Virus record (IMG/VR): IMGVR_UViG_3300032240_000532
Coordinates: 1 to 58,261 of that record
Source of the DNA: a virus
Lineage: Duplodnaviria > Caudoviricetes
Length of the DNA: 58,261 bases
Reading direction: 5' to 3' (one strand)
Notes under the pieces: model-generated
Told to the model about the DNA's origin: nothing
Database searches by the model: none
The model's input: the letters and a program-made list of their open reading frames with translations, nothing else
Program-made: the position numbers and the translations under genes
Part shown: positions 37,080-45,031 of the stretch, piece after piece
Position numbering within the stretch: position 1 is the stretch's first letter
Layout of the letters: the number at the start of each line of letters is the position of its first letter

Positions 37080-37438
37080 TGAGAACTCCTCAACCCAATC
37101 TGATTTTCAAGATAAGAGATGACCGCACGGTAGCCAATCATTTGGTGCTCAAGATTTGTGACCTGAGCAAGCAACACCGAGTTGTCATCCATCAACTGCA
37201 AGTTGTCATCGGTCAACTTCTTGATTCGATTCCAACGTTCTTGCATCGAGATGGATTGCTTCTTGATGGTGTCCTGACGTTTCAGTGCAACCATTTCTTT
37301 GACGAACTTCTCTTTGGGAACGCCAAGTTTTTCAGCGATTGCAATTTGGCTTGCAGTCACGATGATTTTCTTGGGCTTGTTCTTTGAACCCTTTGGGCGA
37401 CCAATAGGTTTAACTGCGGTATCAGAAGGGGATGTCAT
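37076..37438 (-). CDS. Hypothetical protein with GRPKGSKNK DNA-binding motif and coiled coil
   Basis: AT-hook-like GRPKG motif. Confidence 0.55.
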   Translation of the reverse strand: MTSPSDTAVKPIGRPKGSKNKPKKIIVTASQIAIAEKLGVPKEKFVKEMVALKRQDTIKKQSISMQERWNRIKKLTDDNLQLMDDNSVLLAQVTNLEHQMIGYRAVISYLENQIGLRSSQ

Positions 37439-37718
37439 CGTCTTGCTCCTGTGAATGCTGAGGTTGTTGATAGCCGCCTTGTTCTTCTTTCTTCCAAGGC
37501 TTGGAGATGGTCAGGCTCAGGCGAGGCTTGCCGCTTTGAGTTGTCTCTTTCCATCCTGAGATGGAGATGTCAATCATCCCGTCCACCACATCGAACTGAC
37601 TCAGGTCGATACGGGCGTTGCCCTTGTAGTCGGGCGACTTGGGATTCGTCTTCACTGAGACGGGAACAATGCTTCCCTTGTTGGGTTTGTTCACGTAGGG
37701 TTTATCGTATGCAGTCAT
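37422..37718 (-). CDS. Putative single-stranded DNA-binding protein
   Basis: PDYKG...ISGW...LSLTI plus acidic C-terminal DDDIPF tail. Confidence 0.7.
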   Translation of the reverse strand: MTAYDKPYVNKPNKGSIVPVSVKTNPKSPDYKGNARIDLSQFDVVDGMIDISISGWKETTQSGKPRLSLTISKPWKKEEQGGYQQPQHSQEQDDDIPF

Positions 37719-37719
37719 T

Positions 37720-38412
37720 TCAGTCTTCCTTTACATTGGCTGATTTCAGGGATGCGAATCCATCTTTAAGTCGTTTAAACAACTCAGGCTCGCTGGTTTT
37801 CAGGTCGTCAATCTGACTCTGATTTGCTTTCCACAAACCTTGGAGTTCGGCAGTGGATGAGAACTGCGAGGCGACATCCAAGAGGGAATCGACAAGCAGT
37901 ACTTTGTTGGGGTCAGGCACACCTTTGCTTGCGGCTTTGGCGGCAATCTTTTCGTAGGCGGGTGCGTCTTCCTGTTTGGTGAGTTCACCCATAGGACGCA
38001 CGGCTTCTTTCGGTTTGGCTTTTGTCTCAGGTGCAACACCGCCTGTCGTTGCATCAAGCGCATCGTGTTCAACGATAGCCATCGCAGTGACATAGAGGTA
38101 TCGACGTTGGTACGTTTCAACCGCACCAATGTTCTGCACCTCGTGGCATCCCTTCAACTGGGCTGAACCCATAGGCGATGTAAACACCACAGACGAGCCA
38201 TCCTCGCAGTCGTAGATAGTCATCGTTGAAAGGTCAGCGGTGAATGTGATGACATCCACCAAGCCCACCTCAGCAAAGATGGATTGAATCTCAGGCAAGA
38301 AGTCACCGAGTTCAAAGTATTGATACCCCGCAAACTTGTTGTGCCCCGACTTCTTCAAAGCCTTGTGCGCAAGGATGTTCCTTGCCAATACCAATTTCGA
38401 ATAGACCTTCAT
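37720..38412 (-). CDS. ERF-family ssDNA annealing protein
   Basis: KKSGHNKFAGYQYFELGD...QNIGAVETYQRRYLY. Confidence 0.82.
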   Translation of the reverse strand: MKVYSKLVLARNILAHKALKKSGHNKFAGYQYFELGDFLPEIQSIFAEVGLVDVITFTADLSTMTIYDCEDGSSVVFTSPMGSAQLKGCHEVQNIGAVETYQRRYLYVTAMAIVEHDALDATTGGVAPETKAKPKEAVRPMGELTKQEDAPAYEKIAAKAASKGVPDPNKVLLVDSLLDVASQFSSTAELQGLWKANQSQIDDLKTSEPELFKRLKDGFASLKSANVKED

Positions 38413-38630
38413 TTCATTTCCCCTTTAACACCGTAAATCACACAAATCGTTTTGTCATCGTGCATGTTTAAAGCGCATGCAACTTTCATTGGGTCAGCAC
38501 CGTTGCTCACCATCTCACTCATCATGAGTCGCTTCCCCGCCATCGTGTAAGTGACGGCAAAGATAAGTGCCAACACAAACGCCAGTAGGTAACCCCACAT
38601 CCAAATCCAAAACCTATCTTCATTACTCAT
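38409..38630 (-). CDS. Small membrane protein
   Basis: One TM helix; aggaggctca RBS. Confidence 0.6.
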   Translation of the reverse strand: MSNEDRFWIWMWGYLLAFVLALIFAVTYTMAGKRLMMSEMVSNGADPMKVACALNMHDDKTICVIYGVKGEMK

Positions 38631-39513
38631 CTTGAGCCTCCTTCAAAGATTGTTGATACTGCGTACACCATTGCGCTACACCACAGAAGTTGCCAGTGCA
38701 TCGAACGGCTTCACCCTTGCGGATTTCTATGAACCCTTTATCTTTCTCGGGCATGTCTTTCAACAATGCCTGAGCCTCCTCCTCGGTGTCCAAGACTCTG
38801 ATTGCAGTCTTGCGACCTTCCTTCTTGACTGCATACTTGGTTTCCCGAATCCATCGGTCTTCCTCGGTGCACAGTGGCAACTCTTCATCCCAGTCAGCCT
38901 TGACCTTGGACTCACGGTGAGCCTCAATGCGTGACCGTATAAACGCCTCAACCTTCTCGGTGTCCCACATCGGGATGTCGAGAACTTGAATGGGTGCTTG
39001 TGGGTAGTTGGCTTTGTTCTGCGCATCACGACGAGACCAGTCTCGAACCAGTGCACAAATCTTCAAGCCCTTGACGGGTTTCTTTTTTACTCGTTCAATG
39101 AGGTACTTGTAGATGTTCTGTTGTTGTTCCCACTCGGGCTTGTCATTCATGAGCGCCCATGCTGAAGTGAACTTGTAGTCATAGATGATGACCCCGTCCT
39201 CATCGTCTTGTTGCAAGTCGATAGCGCCTGAGAGAAGCACATCATCAAATCCAACGATGATGCGTTCCTCATTGGTGTGACCCTCAACAACTGAGCGTTC
39301 TGCAACAACGTGCAGTGCAGTGCCCAAGAGCATCCACAACATGTCGCTGACATCCTGTTCAATGTCATCGAAGTGGCGCTTGCGTAGGCGCTGAATGCGA
39401 GGGGGAGAGATGATTTCAGTAACAGAGTAGTCAGCCCTACCCTTGGTATAGAAGTCCCTCTGTGCCAGTGCCACGAGAGTGGCGGGTACATTAAACTTGT
39501 TCGTAATCTTCAT
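38623..39513 (-). CDS. PD-(D/E)XK (Cas4/lambda-exonuclease-like) exonuclease
   Basis: GTALH...E...SGAIDL...YDYKFT...QQNIY; C-terminal Cys cluster. Confidence 0.8.
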   Translation of the reverse strand: MKITNKFNVPATLVALAQRDFYTKGRADYSVTEIISPPRIQRLRKRHFDDIEQDVSDMLWMLLGTALHVVAERSVVEGHTNEERIIVGFDDVLLSGAIDLQQDDEDGVIIYDYKFTSAWALMNDKPEWEQQQNIYKYLIERVKKKPVKGLKICALVRDWSRRDAQNKANYPQAPIQVLDIPMWDTEKVEAFIRSRIEAHRESKVKADWDEELPLCTEEDRWIRETKYAVKKEGRKTAIRVLDTEEEAQALLKDMPEKDKGFIEIRKGEAVRCTGNFCGVAQWCTQYQQSLKEAQDE

Positions 39514-39560
39514 GAAGCCTCCAGTTAAAGAACCTACATGCTAACACTACTTTTACAACA

Positions 39561-39929
39561 ATGCAAACACTATCACTAAAAATATTTGGAGAACCGTGCT
39601 CCAAAGCAAATAGCCGTCGAATCGTAAAGATGGGAGGGCGCATAGCCTCCATCAAGTCTCAGAAGGCGCTGTCTTACTCAGAGTCGTTTAAACAGCAGTG
39701 CGTTGTACCGCCTCTGCTAAGATTCATGTCGGAGGATGTTGCGGTAACGATTCGCATTTGGTACGCATCTCGTCGCCCTGATTTGGATGAGTCGCTCATC
39801 CTTGACTTGCTTCAAGACGTTGCGTATCACAACGACCGCCAAGTTAAAGAGAAGCACATCTACTGGATGGGCGTGGATAAGGGCAACCCACGGTGTGAGA
39901 TAGAGGTAACACCTATCGCACAGGCATAA
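39561..39929 (+). CDS. rusA: RusA-like Holliday junction resolvase
   Basis: GEPCSKANSR...RPDLD...LDLLQ...YHNDRQV...PRCEIEV. Confidence 0.78.
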   Translation: MQTLSLKIFGEPCSKANSRRIVKMGGRIASIKSQKALSYSESFKQQCVVPPLLRFMSEDVAVTIRIWYASRRPDLDESLILDLLQDVAYHNDRQVKEKHIYWMGVDKGNPRCEIEVTPIAQA

Positions 39930-39955
39930 AAAAAGCCACCGCTGAGGGTGGCTTT
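39928..39955 (-). terminator. Intrinsic terminator (U-tract on minus strand)
   Basis: aaagccacc/ggtggcttt stem preceded on the + strand by a 7-A tract. Confidence 0.8.
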
Positions 39956-39999
39956 CCGACCTACTGGTCTACTGACAGGAGGCTCATTTCCAATCGAGT
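39928..39999 (-). ncRNA. Candidate ~70-nt small RNA carrying anti-SD UGAGCCUCC
   Basis: Leftward TTGACT-16-TACCAT promoter (40033-40006), terminator at 39928-39955 and no ORF between them. Confidence 0.5.
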
Positions 40000-40005
40000 G
40001 ATGCT

Positions 40006-40033
40006 ATGGTAACGCATCTACACGTGAAGTCAA
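40006..40033 (-). promoter_or_regulatory. Sigma70-like leftward promoter
   Basis: -35 TTGACT, 16-nt spacer, -10 TACCAT on the minus strand. Confidence 0.5.
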
Positions 40034-40112
40034 CAACCAAGAACGTTCTTCTTGTAAATTATTTTTAGGTGTGCAAAATCAGTTGTGCAGTTGCCACCAC
40101 AAGCGGCAATTT

Positions 40113-40148
40113 AGGGAGTGTTTAAACGACACTCCCTTTTTTATTTTT
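40113..40148 (+). terminator. Intrinsic terminator with GTTTAAAC at the loop
   Basis: agggagtgt...acactccct followed by a T-tract. Confidence 0.75.
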
Positions 40149-40220
40149 CATCCCGGCTGAGTTGAACATCGTTTAAACATTCGATGCTAAAAATAAATAT
40201 CGTTCGCATGTCAAACCCTC

Positions 40221-40250
40221 TTGTGTTCGTATCGTAATTGGCGCTATCAT
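40221..40250 (+). promoter_or_regulatory. Sigma70-like promoter
   Basis: TTGTGT-18-TATCAT. Confidence 0.4.
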
Positions 40251-40259
40251 GAACATTCG

Positions 40260-40440
40260 TTTCAGTCGTCGGTGAAAAACGGTGGGGCTGAAACTTGATA
40301 CTGATACCGTGGGAAGTGCTGAAACATCAGGTGAGGTGGCGAAGATAGAACCTCTTGCACGAAAAGTCTGTCGGGTCGCACACGTGCGTGAAGGCAGACT
40401 AGGATAGGGCTTGGTCTGCCCACAAAAGGGCAGACAACAA
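40260..40440 (+). ncRNA. Candidate structured RNA / long leader upstream of HNH and primase-helicase
   Basis: Several helices: acggt/accgt, ctgat/atcag, agtctg/cagact, cgcac/gtgcg and gtctgccc/gggcagac. Confidence 0.4.
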
Positions 40441-40482
40441 CATACATCACAACAATACGTACATCACAACAATAGGCAAGTT

Positions 40483-40719
40483 ATGGCAACAAGTAAATCA
40501 CGTGACTGGAAACATGAATACGCTTTGCAATTAAAGCGTGGTGATGACAAGGGTCAACTTGAACGCCAAAAGGCTCGTCGCCTATACGATAAGGAAGGAA
40601 TCAAACGCACAGGAAAAAACATCGACCACATCAAACCCATCAAGTCAGGCGGTAAAACAACCGCAGGGAACTTGAGACTACGTTCACCAAAGGCGAACAA
40701 GTCAGACAATAAAAAATAA
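40483..40719 (+). CDS. Small HNH-like basic protein
   Basis: NIDHIKPIKSGG...NLRLRSPKANKS. Confidence 0.65.
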   Translation: MATSKSRDWKHEYALQLKRGDDKGQLERQKARRLYDKEGIKRTGKNIDHIKPIKSGGKTTAGNLRLRSPKANKSDNKK

Positions 40720-40744
40720 TTTTCAATCAATCGGAGGCTCACTC

Positions 40745-42442
40745 TTGAATGCAATCGCAGATGTAATTCTTTCCATGCACGTTGATGACCATCAACGCAT
40801 CGCATGTCCTGAGTGCTCATACGAGCGCAGAAAATCCAACTTGAAAGACCTCGTCATTGACCGCAAGGATGACGGATGGACTTACTTTTGCCATCACTGT
40901 GGCACAGGAGGATTTGTCACCGCCAAGCAAAAAACTTTTCAACCCATTTACCGTCCGGAGACCAAAGTGATTCCACTAAGAACAATGCCCACAACCCAGT
41001 TGCAACCTCAGCACTACGACTTTCTGAAGAAGCGAGGCATATCGGAACACACCGCCAATGAGTTGAAATTGTTTTCTGCCCAGAAATACTTTCAGCGTTT
41101 AAACAAGCAGACCGATGCAATCGGCTTTCCTTATTTTAAAAACGGTCAGTTCGTTTCAGCCAAGTACCGCAGTATCGAATCGAAGGACTTCACTCAAGAC
41201 TCAGGCGGTGCTCACGACTTCTTTGGCATCGACCACATCGACCAGTCGCAACCAGTTGTCATAGTCGAAGGCGAGATGGATGCACTGACCGTATGGGAAT
41301 GCGGCATCAAGAATGTTTTGTCAGTTCCAAGCGGTGCACCCATGAAGGTGACCGATGGCAAGATTGACGCAAGCGAAGACAAGAAGTTCAGTTTCGTTTG
41401 GAGTGCGTTTGACATGCTCAAAGCAGTTCCATACGTCATCATCGCCACTGATACCGACACTGCGGGACAAGCACTCGCTGAAGAACTCGCAAGGCGAATT
41501 GGAAAAGACAAGTGCAGAGTTGCCAAGTTTGGTTACAAGGATTTGAACGAGGCGTTTCTTGCCGAAGGTGAGGACATCGTTAAGGACATCATCGACAAAG
41601 CAGAACCATACCCAGTTGCAGGTTTATCATCCGCCAGCAAGTTTGCAGAGCGTTTAAACGACTTGTTTGTAAAAGGAACAGGCAAAGGAACATCGACAGG
41701 GTATTCGAACGTTGACCAAATCTACACGGTGGCAGAAGGTCAACTCACAGTGGTGACAGGTTATCCATCATCAGGCAAGTCGAACTTTGTTGACCAACTC
41801 ATGGTCAACCTCGGGCGGTCAAACGATTGGAAGTTTGCACTCTGTTCATTTGAGAATCAGCCCGAGATTCACATCAGCCGCTTGATGGAGATTTACAAAG
41901 AGAAGCGATTCTTTGACGGCTCACAACGGATGACAGAAGAAGAAAAGAATGAAGCGTTTAAATGGGTTGAAGACCACTTCATGTTCCTTGACTCCGAAAG
42001 CGTAGAACCCGCAACCATCGACTCAATCCTCGAACGAGCAAAAGTGGCAGTCGCAAGGACTGGCATCCGAGGTTTGGTCATCGACCCCTACAACTACATC
42101 GACAACAAGAGCGGCATGGCTGAGACAGAGTTCATCAGCAACATGCTTACCCGAGTACAGGCGTTTGCAAAGGCGTACGGTGTGCACGTGTGGTTCGTTG
42201 CTCACCCCGCAAAGATTACCCGCTCAGGCATGGACTTGCCCCGTCCTGACGGCATGGCAATCTCAGGCTCAATGGCTTGGTGGGCGAAAGCAGACTGCGG
42301 CATGACCGTACACCGCACGAAGAACCACGGTGTCGAGGTTGCCGTTTGGAAGTGTCGCTATCGTTGGGTTGGTACGCAAGGCGAGACCACATTGGTCTAC
42401 AACAAAATCACTGGCACGTACTCCGAACCCGATGCGTTCTGA
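40745..42442 (+). CDS. T7 gp4/Twinkle-like primase-helicase
   Basis: Zn finger CPEC...CHHC; TOPRIM IVEGEMDAL and ATDTD; Walker A GYPSSGKS; LVIDP; ggagg RBS before a TTG start. Confidence 0.92.
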   Translation: MNAIADVILSMHVDDHQRIACPECSYERRKSNLKDLVIDRKDDGWTYFCHHCGTGGFVTAKQKTFQPIYRPETKVIPLRTMPTTQLQPQHYDFLKKRGISEHTANELKLFSAQKYFQRLNKQTDAIGFPYFKNGQFVSAKYRSIESKDFTQDSGGAHDFFGIDHIDQSQPVVIVEGEMDALTVWECGIKNVLSVPSGAPMKVTDGKIDASEDKKFSFVWSAFDMLKAVPYVIIATDTDTAGQALAEELARRIGKDKCRVAKFGYKDLNEAFLAEGEDIVKDIIDKAEPYPVAGLSSASKFAERLNDLFVKGTGKGTSTGYSNVDQIYTVAEGQLTVVTGYPSSGKSNFVDQLMVNLGRSNDWKFALCSFENQPEIHISRLMEIYKEKRFFDGSQRMTEEEKNEAFKWVEDHFMFLDSESVEPATIDSILERAKVAVARTGIRGLVIDPYNYIDNKSGMAETEFISNMLTRVQAFAKAYGVHVWFVAHPAKITRSGMDLPRPDGMAISGSMAWWAKADCGMTVHRTKNHGVEVAVWKCRYRWVGTQGETTLVYNKITGTYSEPDAF

Positions 42443-42458
42443 CCAACTGCTGTATTTT

Positions 42459-42494
42459 CCGCACTTGCGGTAATCCACGCCGCACTTGCGGTAA
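42459..42494. repeat. 15-bp tandem direct repeat, 21-bp period
   Basis: ccgcacttgcggtaa at 42459 and 42480. Confidence 0.85.
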
Positions 42495-42537
42495 GCGTTT
42501 AAACGGCTTGCGTTTAGGGAATTCCCACGCAAAAAGC

Positions 42538-42575
42538 AAAAAAAATCCCCCCGAGGTTTGCACCAAGGGGGGAGA
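42538..42575 (-). terminator. Terminator for leftward early operon
   Basis: tcccccc/gggggga stem with an A-tract on the + strand. Confidence 0.7.
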
Positions 42576-42604
42576 ACTAGTGTCAGTTGGCTTGTCCAGT
42601 CTGC

Positions 42605-42874
42605 TTAATCGTTGACCACATCGTCAATGCAAGACTCGATGAAGTCCCAGTTGATTCCAATGTTTGCATCGTGGTAGTGCTCCATGTATCGAAGCACATC
42701 ACGGGCTTGCTCATCGGTCAGGTCTTGCCTGACCTCTTGCACATCAGACACATGCCAAAACGAGGATGACCAGTTGTGGTCGATGCCACGCTCTGCCCAG
42801 TCCTTTGCTCGTTTAAACATCTCAACGTCCGGTGTGATGTCGTCTCTGATTTCAATCTCGATTGTGTATTTCAT
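42605..42874 (-). CDS. Hypothetical protein
   Basis: ggagg RBS; W..SDV...DLTDEQARDVL...HDANIGINW. Confidence 0.7.
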   Translation of the reverse strand: MKYTIEIEIRDDITPDVEMFKRAKDWAERGIDHNWSSSFWHVSDVQEVRQDLTDEQARDVLRYMEHYHDANIGINWDFIESCIDDVVND

Positions 42875-42888
42875 GATGCCTCCAGTGG

Positions 42889-43107
42889 TTAGTGAACGGG
42901 TTCGTTGTTGTGAGAATTCTCAACATAGTGAAACACGATGGTCATGGTCACATACTTGAGAAGGTCTTCAAGCGGGATGCCGCACATCACACCCGCACTC
43001 GCCAGTTGATTGGAGAGCACGGGAATGACGATGCCGATTTCCTTGTTGTTGAGTTCAGCGCCCACAGAATTCATGAGCGCCTCGATTTGTTTTTGTTCAG
43101 TGGTCAT
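42889..43107 (-). CDS. Hypothetical protein
   Basis: ATGA-coupled to the VWA gene. Confidence 0.55.
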   Translation of the reverse strand: MTTEQKQIEALMNSVGAELNNKEIGIVIPVLSNQLASAGVMCGIPLEDLLKYVTMTIVFHYVENSHNNEPVH

Positions 43108-43907
43108 TGCAGTTCCTTGAGCAACTTGTTGAATGATGTCGAGGTCAAGTCGCCAACACTGCGCACATTCTCTGCACTGCGGAAGCATTCCTTGACATCG
43201 GTGTTGCCGATACCGATGGCGACAATCTTGATGCCCTCACGGTCAGCGACCGACTGCAAAAACTTCATGTTGGTGATGTTGTACCCGTTTGCATCGGTCA
43301 ACAAGAACAAGATTTTGCGGAACTCTGAACGACTTGCCAAGTCTTCAAGGGCAAGGGTGATGGACGAGTAGTCGGGCGTTGCAGAGTTTGCCCAACGGTT
43401 AATCGAACCCAACTTGGCAGAGGCACGTTGCAAAGAGTCACGCCATGTCTTGAATGGGATGAGGCTTGGAGCCTCGTACTTGACTACCAGTCTGCCACTC
43501 GCACCAGTCGCATCCTTGTGCATCACATCGCTACTGCCACGAAAGCCAGTCACATTGAACGGCACATTCGCTTTGTCGAGAATGCGGGAGAGTTGAATTG
43601 CAACCGACTCGGCAACCTCGATGCGGTCGTAGTCGTTCATTGAACCTGAGCAGTCGATGAGGATGGACACCGCAGATGTCTCAGCCTCACGATACTCACG
43701 CTTAGAGAAAATGGCGGTACTGCCAGTGGCAAAGCGTGTAAACGCTTTACGGTCAAGGCGACCCGACTCTTCATGAGTTGACCAACCGACCAAGTCGAGA
43801 GAGCGAAGCAAGCGCAAGAGGTTTGCACGAGTCGCACCCAAGCCACTGGGTTGTGAGTTGTAGATTTGGGAGAAGTTGTTTTCGCATTCTGCTTTGTTGA
43901 GGTACAT
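43104..43907 (-). CDS. VWA domain protein (CobT C-terminal-like)
   Basis: SGRLD, MIDAS motif DCSGSM, TPD, LLTDA, AIGIG. Confidence 0.85.
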   Translation of the reverse strand: MYLNKAECENNFSQIYNSQPSGLGATRANLLRLLRSLDLVGWSTHEESGRLDRKAFTRFATGSTAIFSKREYREAETSAVSILIDCSGSMNDYDRIEVAESVAIQLSRILDKANVPFNVTGFRGSSDVMHKDATGASGRLVVKYEAPSLIPFKTWRDSLQRASAKLGSINRWANSATPDYSSITLALEDLASRSEFRKILFLLTDANGYNITNMKFLQSVADREGIKIVAIGIGNTDVKECFRSAENVRSVGDLTSTSFNKLLKELQ

Positions 43908-43910
43908 GAT

Positions 43911-45029
43911 TCAAATCCATGAAAAAGTTGTGAAAGATGGTTTGCCAATTGATGGACGATGCACGAGTGAACCGTCAACCTTGGCATGCTTGCCGAGTTC
44001 GTTCTCGATGAAGTCGGATGGTTCAACATCACGACCGCCCTCGAAGTCCTCGTTGGAATAGCCCCCGCCAGTTTGGTCGGATGGCTTGTCACCGTCTTGC
44101 CCGTCACCGCCCTGACCATCAGCGGGTTGACCATCGTCAGGCTGACCGTCATCCGATTGACCGTCAGTGGGCTGACCGTTCGTATCAGAACCCCAGTCAT
44201 CCGCATCAGAACCGCCCTCAGAGGGATTTTCTGAACCGTCCGAGGGGTTGCCCTCACCTTGACCGTTCGCATCGTCTGAGCCGTTGTCATCTTGCGGTGT
44301 GCTCTCATCGGGCTGACCATCGGATGGCTGACCCTGACCTTGCTCGGGTTGCTGAGGTTGCTCAGGCGGTTGCTGAGGTTTTTGTTTCTCTTGTTCCTTG
44401 ATGCGCTCGAACAACTCGATGGCAATCTTGGCGATGGTGCGGGTGTCCTTGGCGACTTGCGCTCTCTTGAGTGCCCACTTGATGTGCTTTGCCCAAGGCG
44501 AGGCGTTGACGATGCTTGGAACGCAGATGTCATAGCCGTTTAAACGCCTACCCTCGACCGCAAGCAGGAACGGGATGTTGCGCTTGTCATCAGCCTTGAC
44601 ATACCCGTCACGCTTGAGCACTGAGTTGATGAGATTCTCGAAGAGCACACGAGAGTTCGGTGCACGACCCGAGTCAATCACCAGTCGCTCGATGCGAGGG
44701 TCTTCAAGACCGTTGATGAGGTTGCTGACATACGAGCCGTGTTGCTCACGAGCATTGTCCCAAGGTCTGTTGTCGGTGTACCAAGCATGACCGAGTTCAT
44801 GCAGAGCGTAGCCGATGAGGTTGTTGAAAGTCTCTTGCGGGATGTTCGCCAGTTCGTCAATCGAGGGGAAGATTAACTTGGCATCACACCGATACTCGTT
44901 GCGGTCAAAGATGATTCCCGCAGTCGAACCCGACCACAAGACTTCCAACTTGCCGAACTCAAAACCCGCTGAGTTGTGAACCCGTTCGAGGGTAGTGGCA
45001 ACGCCACGCTTGACATTTAAACCGAGCAT
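43911..45029 (-). CDS. CobT N-terminal-like HExxH metallopeptidase with acidic G/D/Q-rich linker
   Basis: GYALHELGH...NGLEDPRIE followed by a long low-complexity D/G/Q tail. Confidence 0.75.
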   Translation of the reverse strand: MLGLNVKRGVATTLERVHNSAGFEFGKLEVLWSGSTAGIIFDRNEYRCDAKLIFPSIDELANIPQETFNNLIGYALHELGHAWYTDNRPWDNAREQHGSYVSNLINGLEDPRIERLVIDSGRAPNSRVLFENLINSVLKRDGYVKADDKRNIPFLLAVEGRRLNGYDICVPSIVNASPWAKHIKWALKRAQVAKDTRTIAKIAIELFERIKEQEKQKPQQPPEQPQQPEQGQGQPSDGQPDESTPQDDNGSDDANGQGEGNPSDGSENPSEGGSDADDWGSDTNGQPTDGQSDDGQPDDGQPADGQGGDGQDGDKPSDQTGGGYSNEDFEGGRDVEPSDFIENELGKHAKVDGSLVHRPSIGKPSFTTFSWI

Positions 45030-45031
45030 GA

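Noticed and set aside
38623-39513. CRISPR-associated Cas4 / CRISPR locus
   Set aside because: No repeat-spacer array or other cas genes were seen. The context (ERF, SSB-like) fits a recombination exonuclease.
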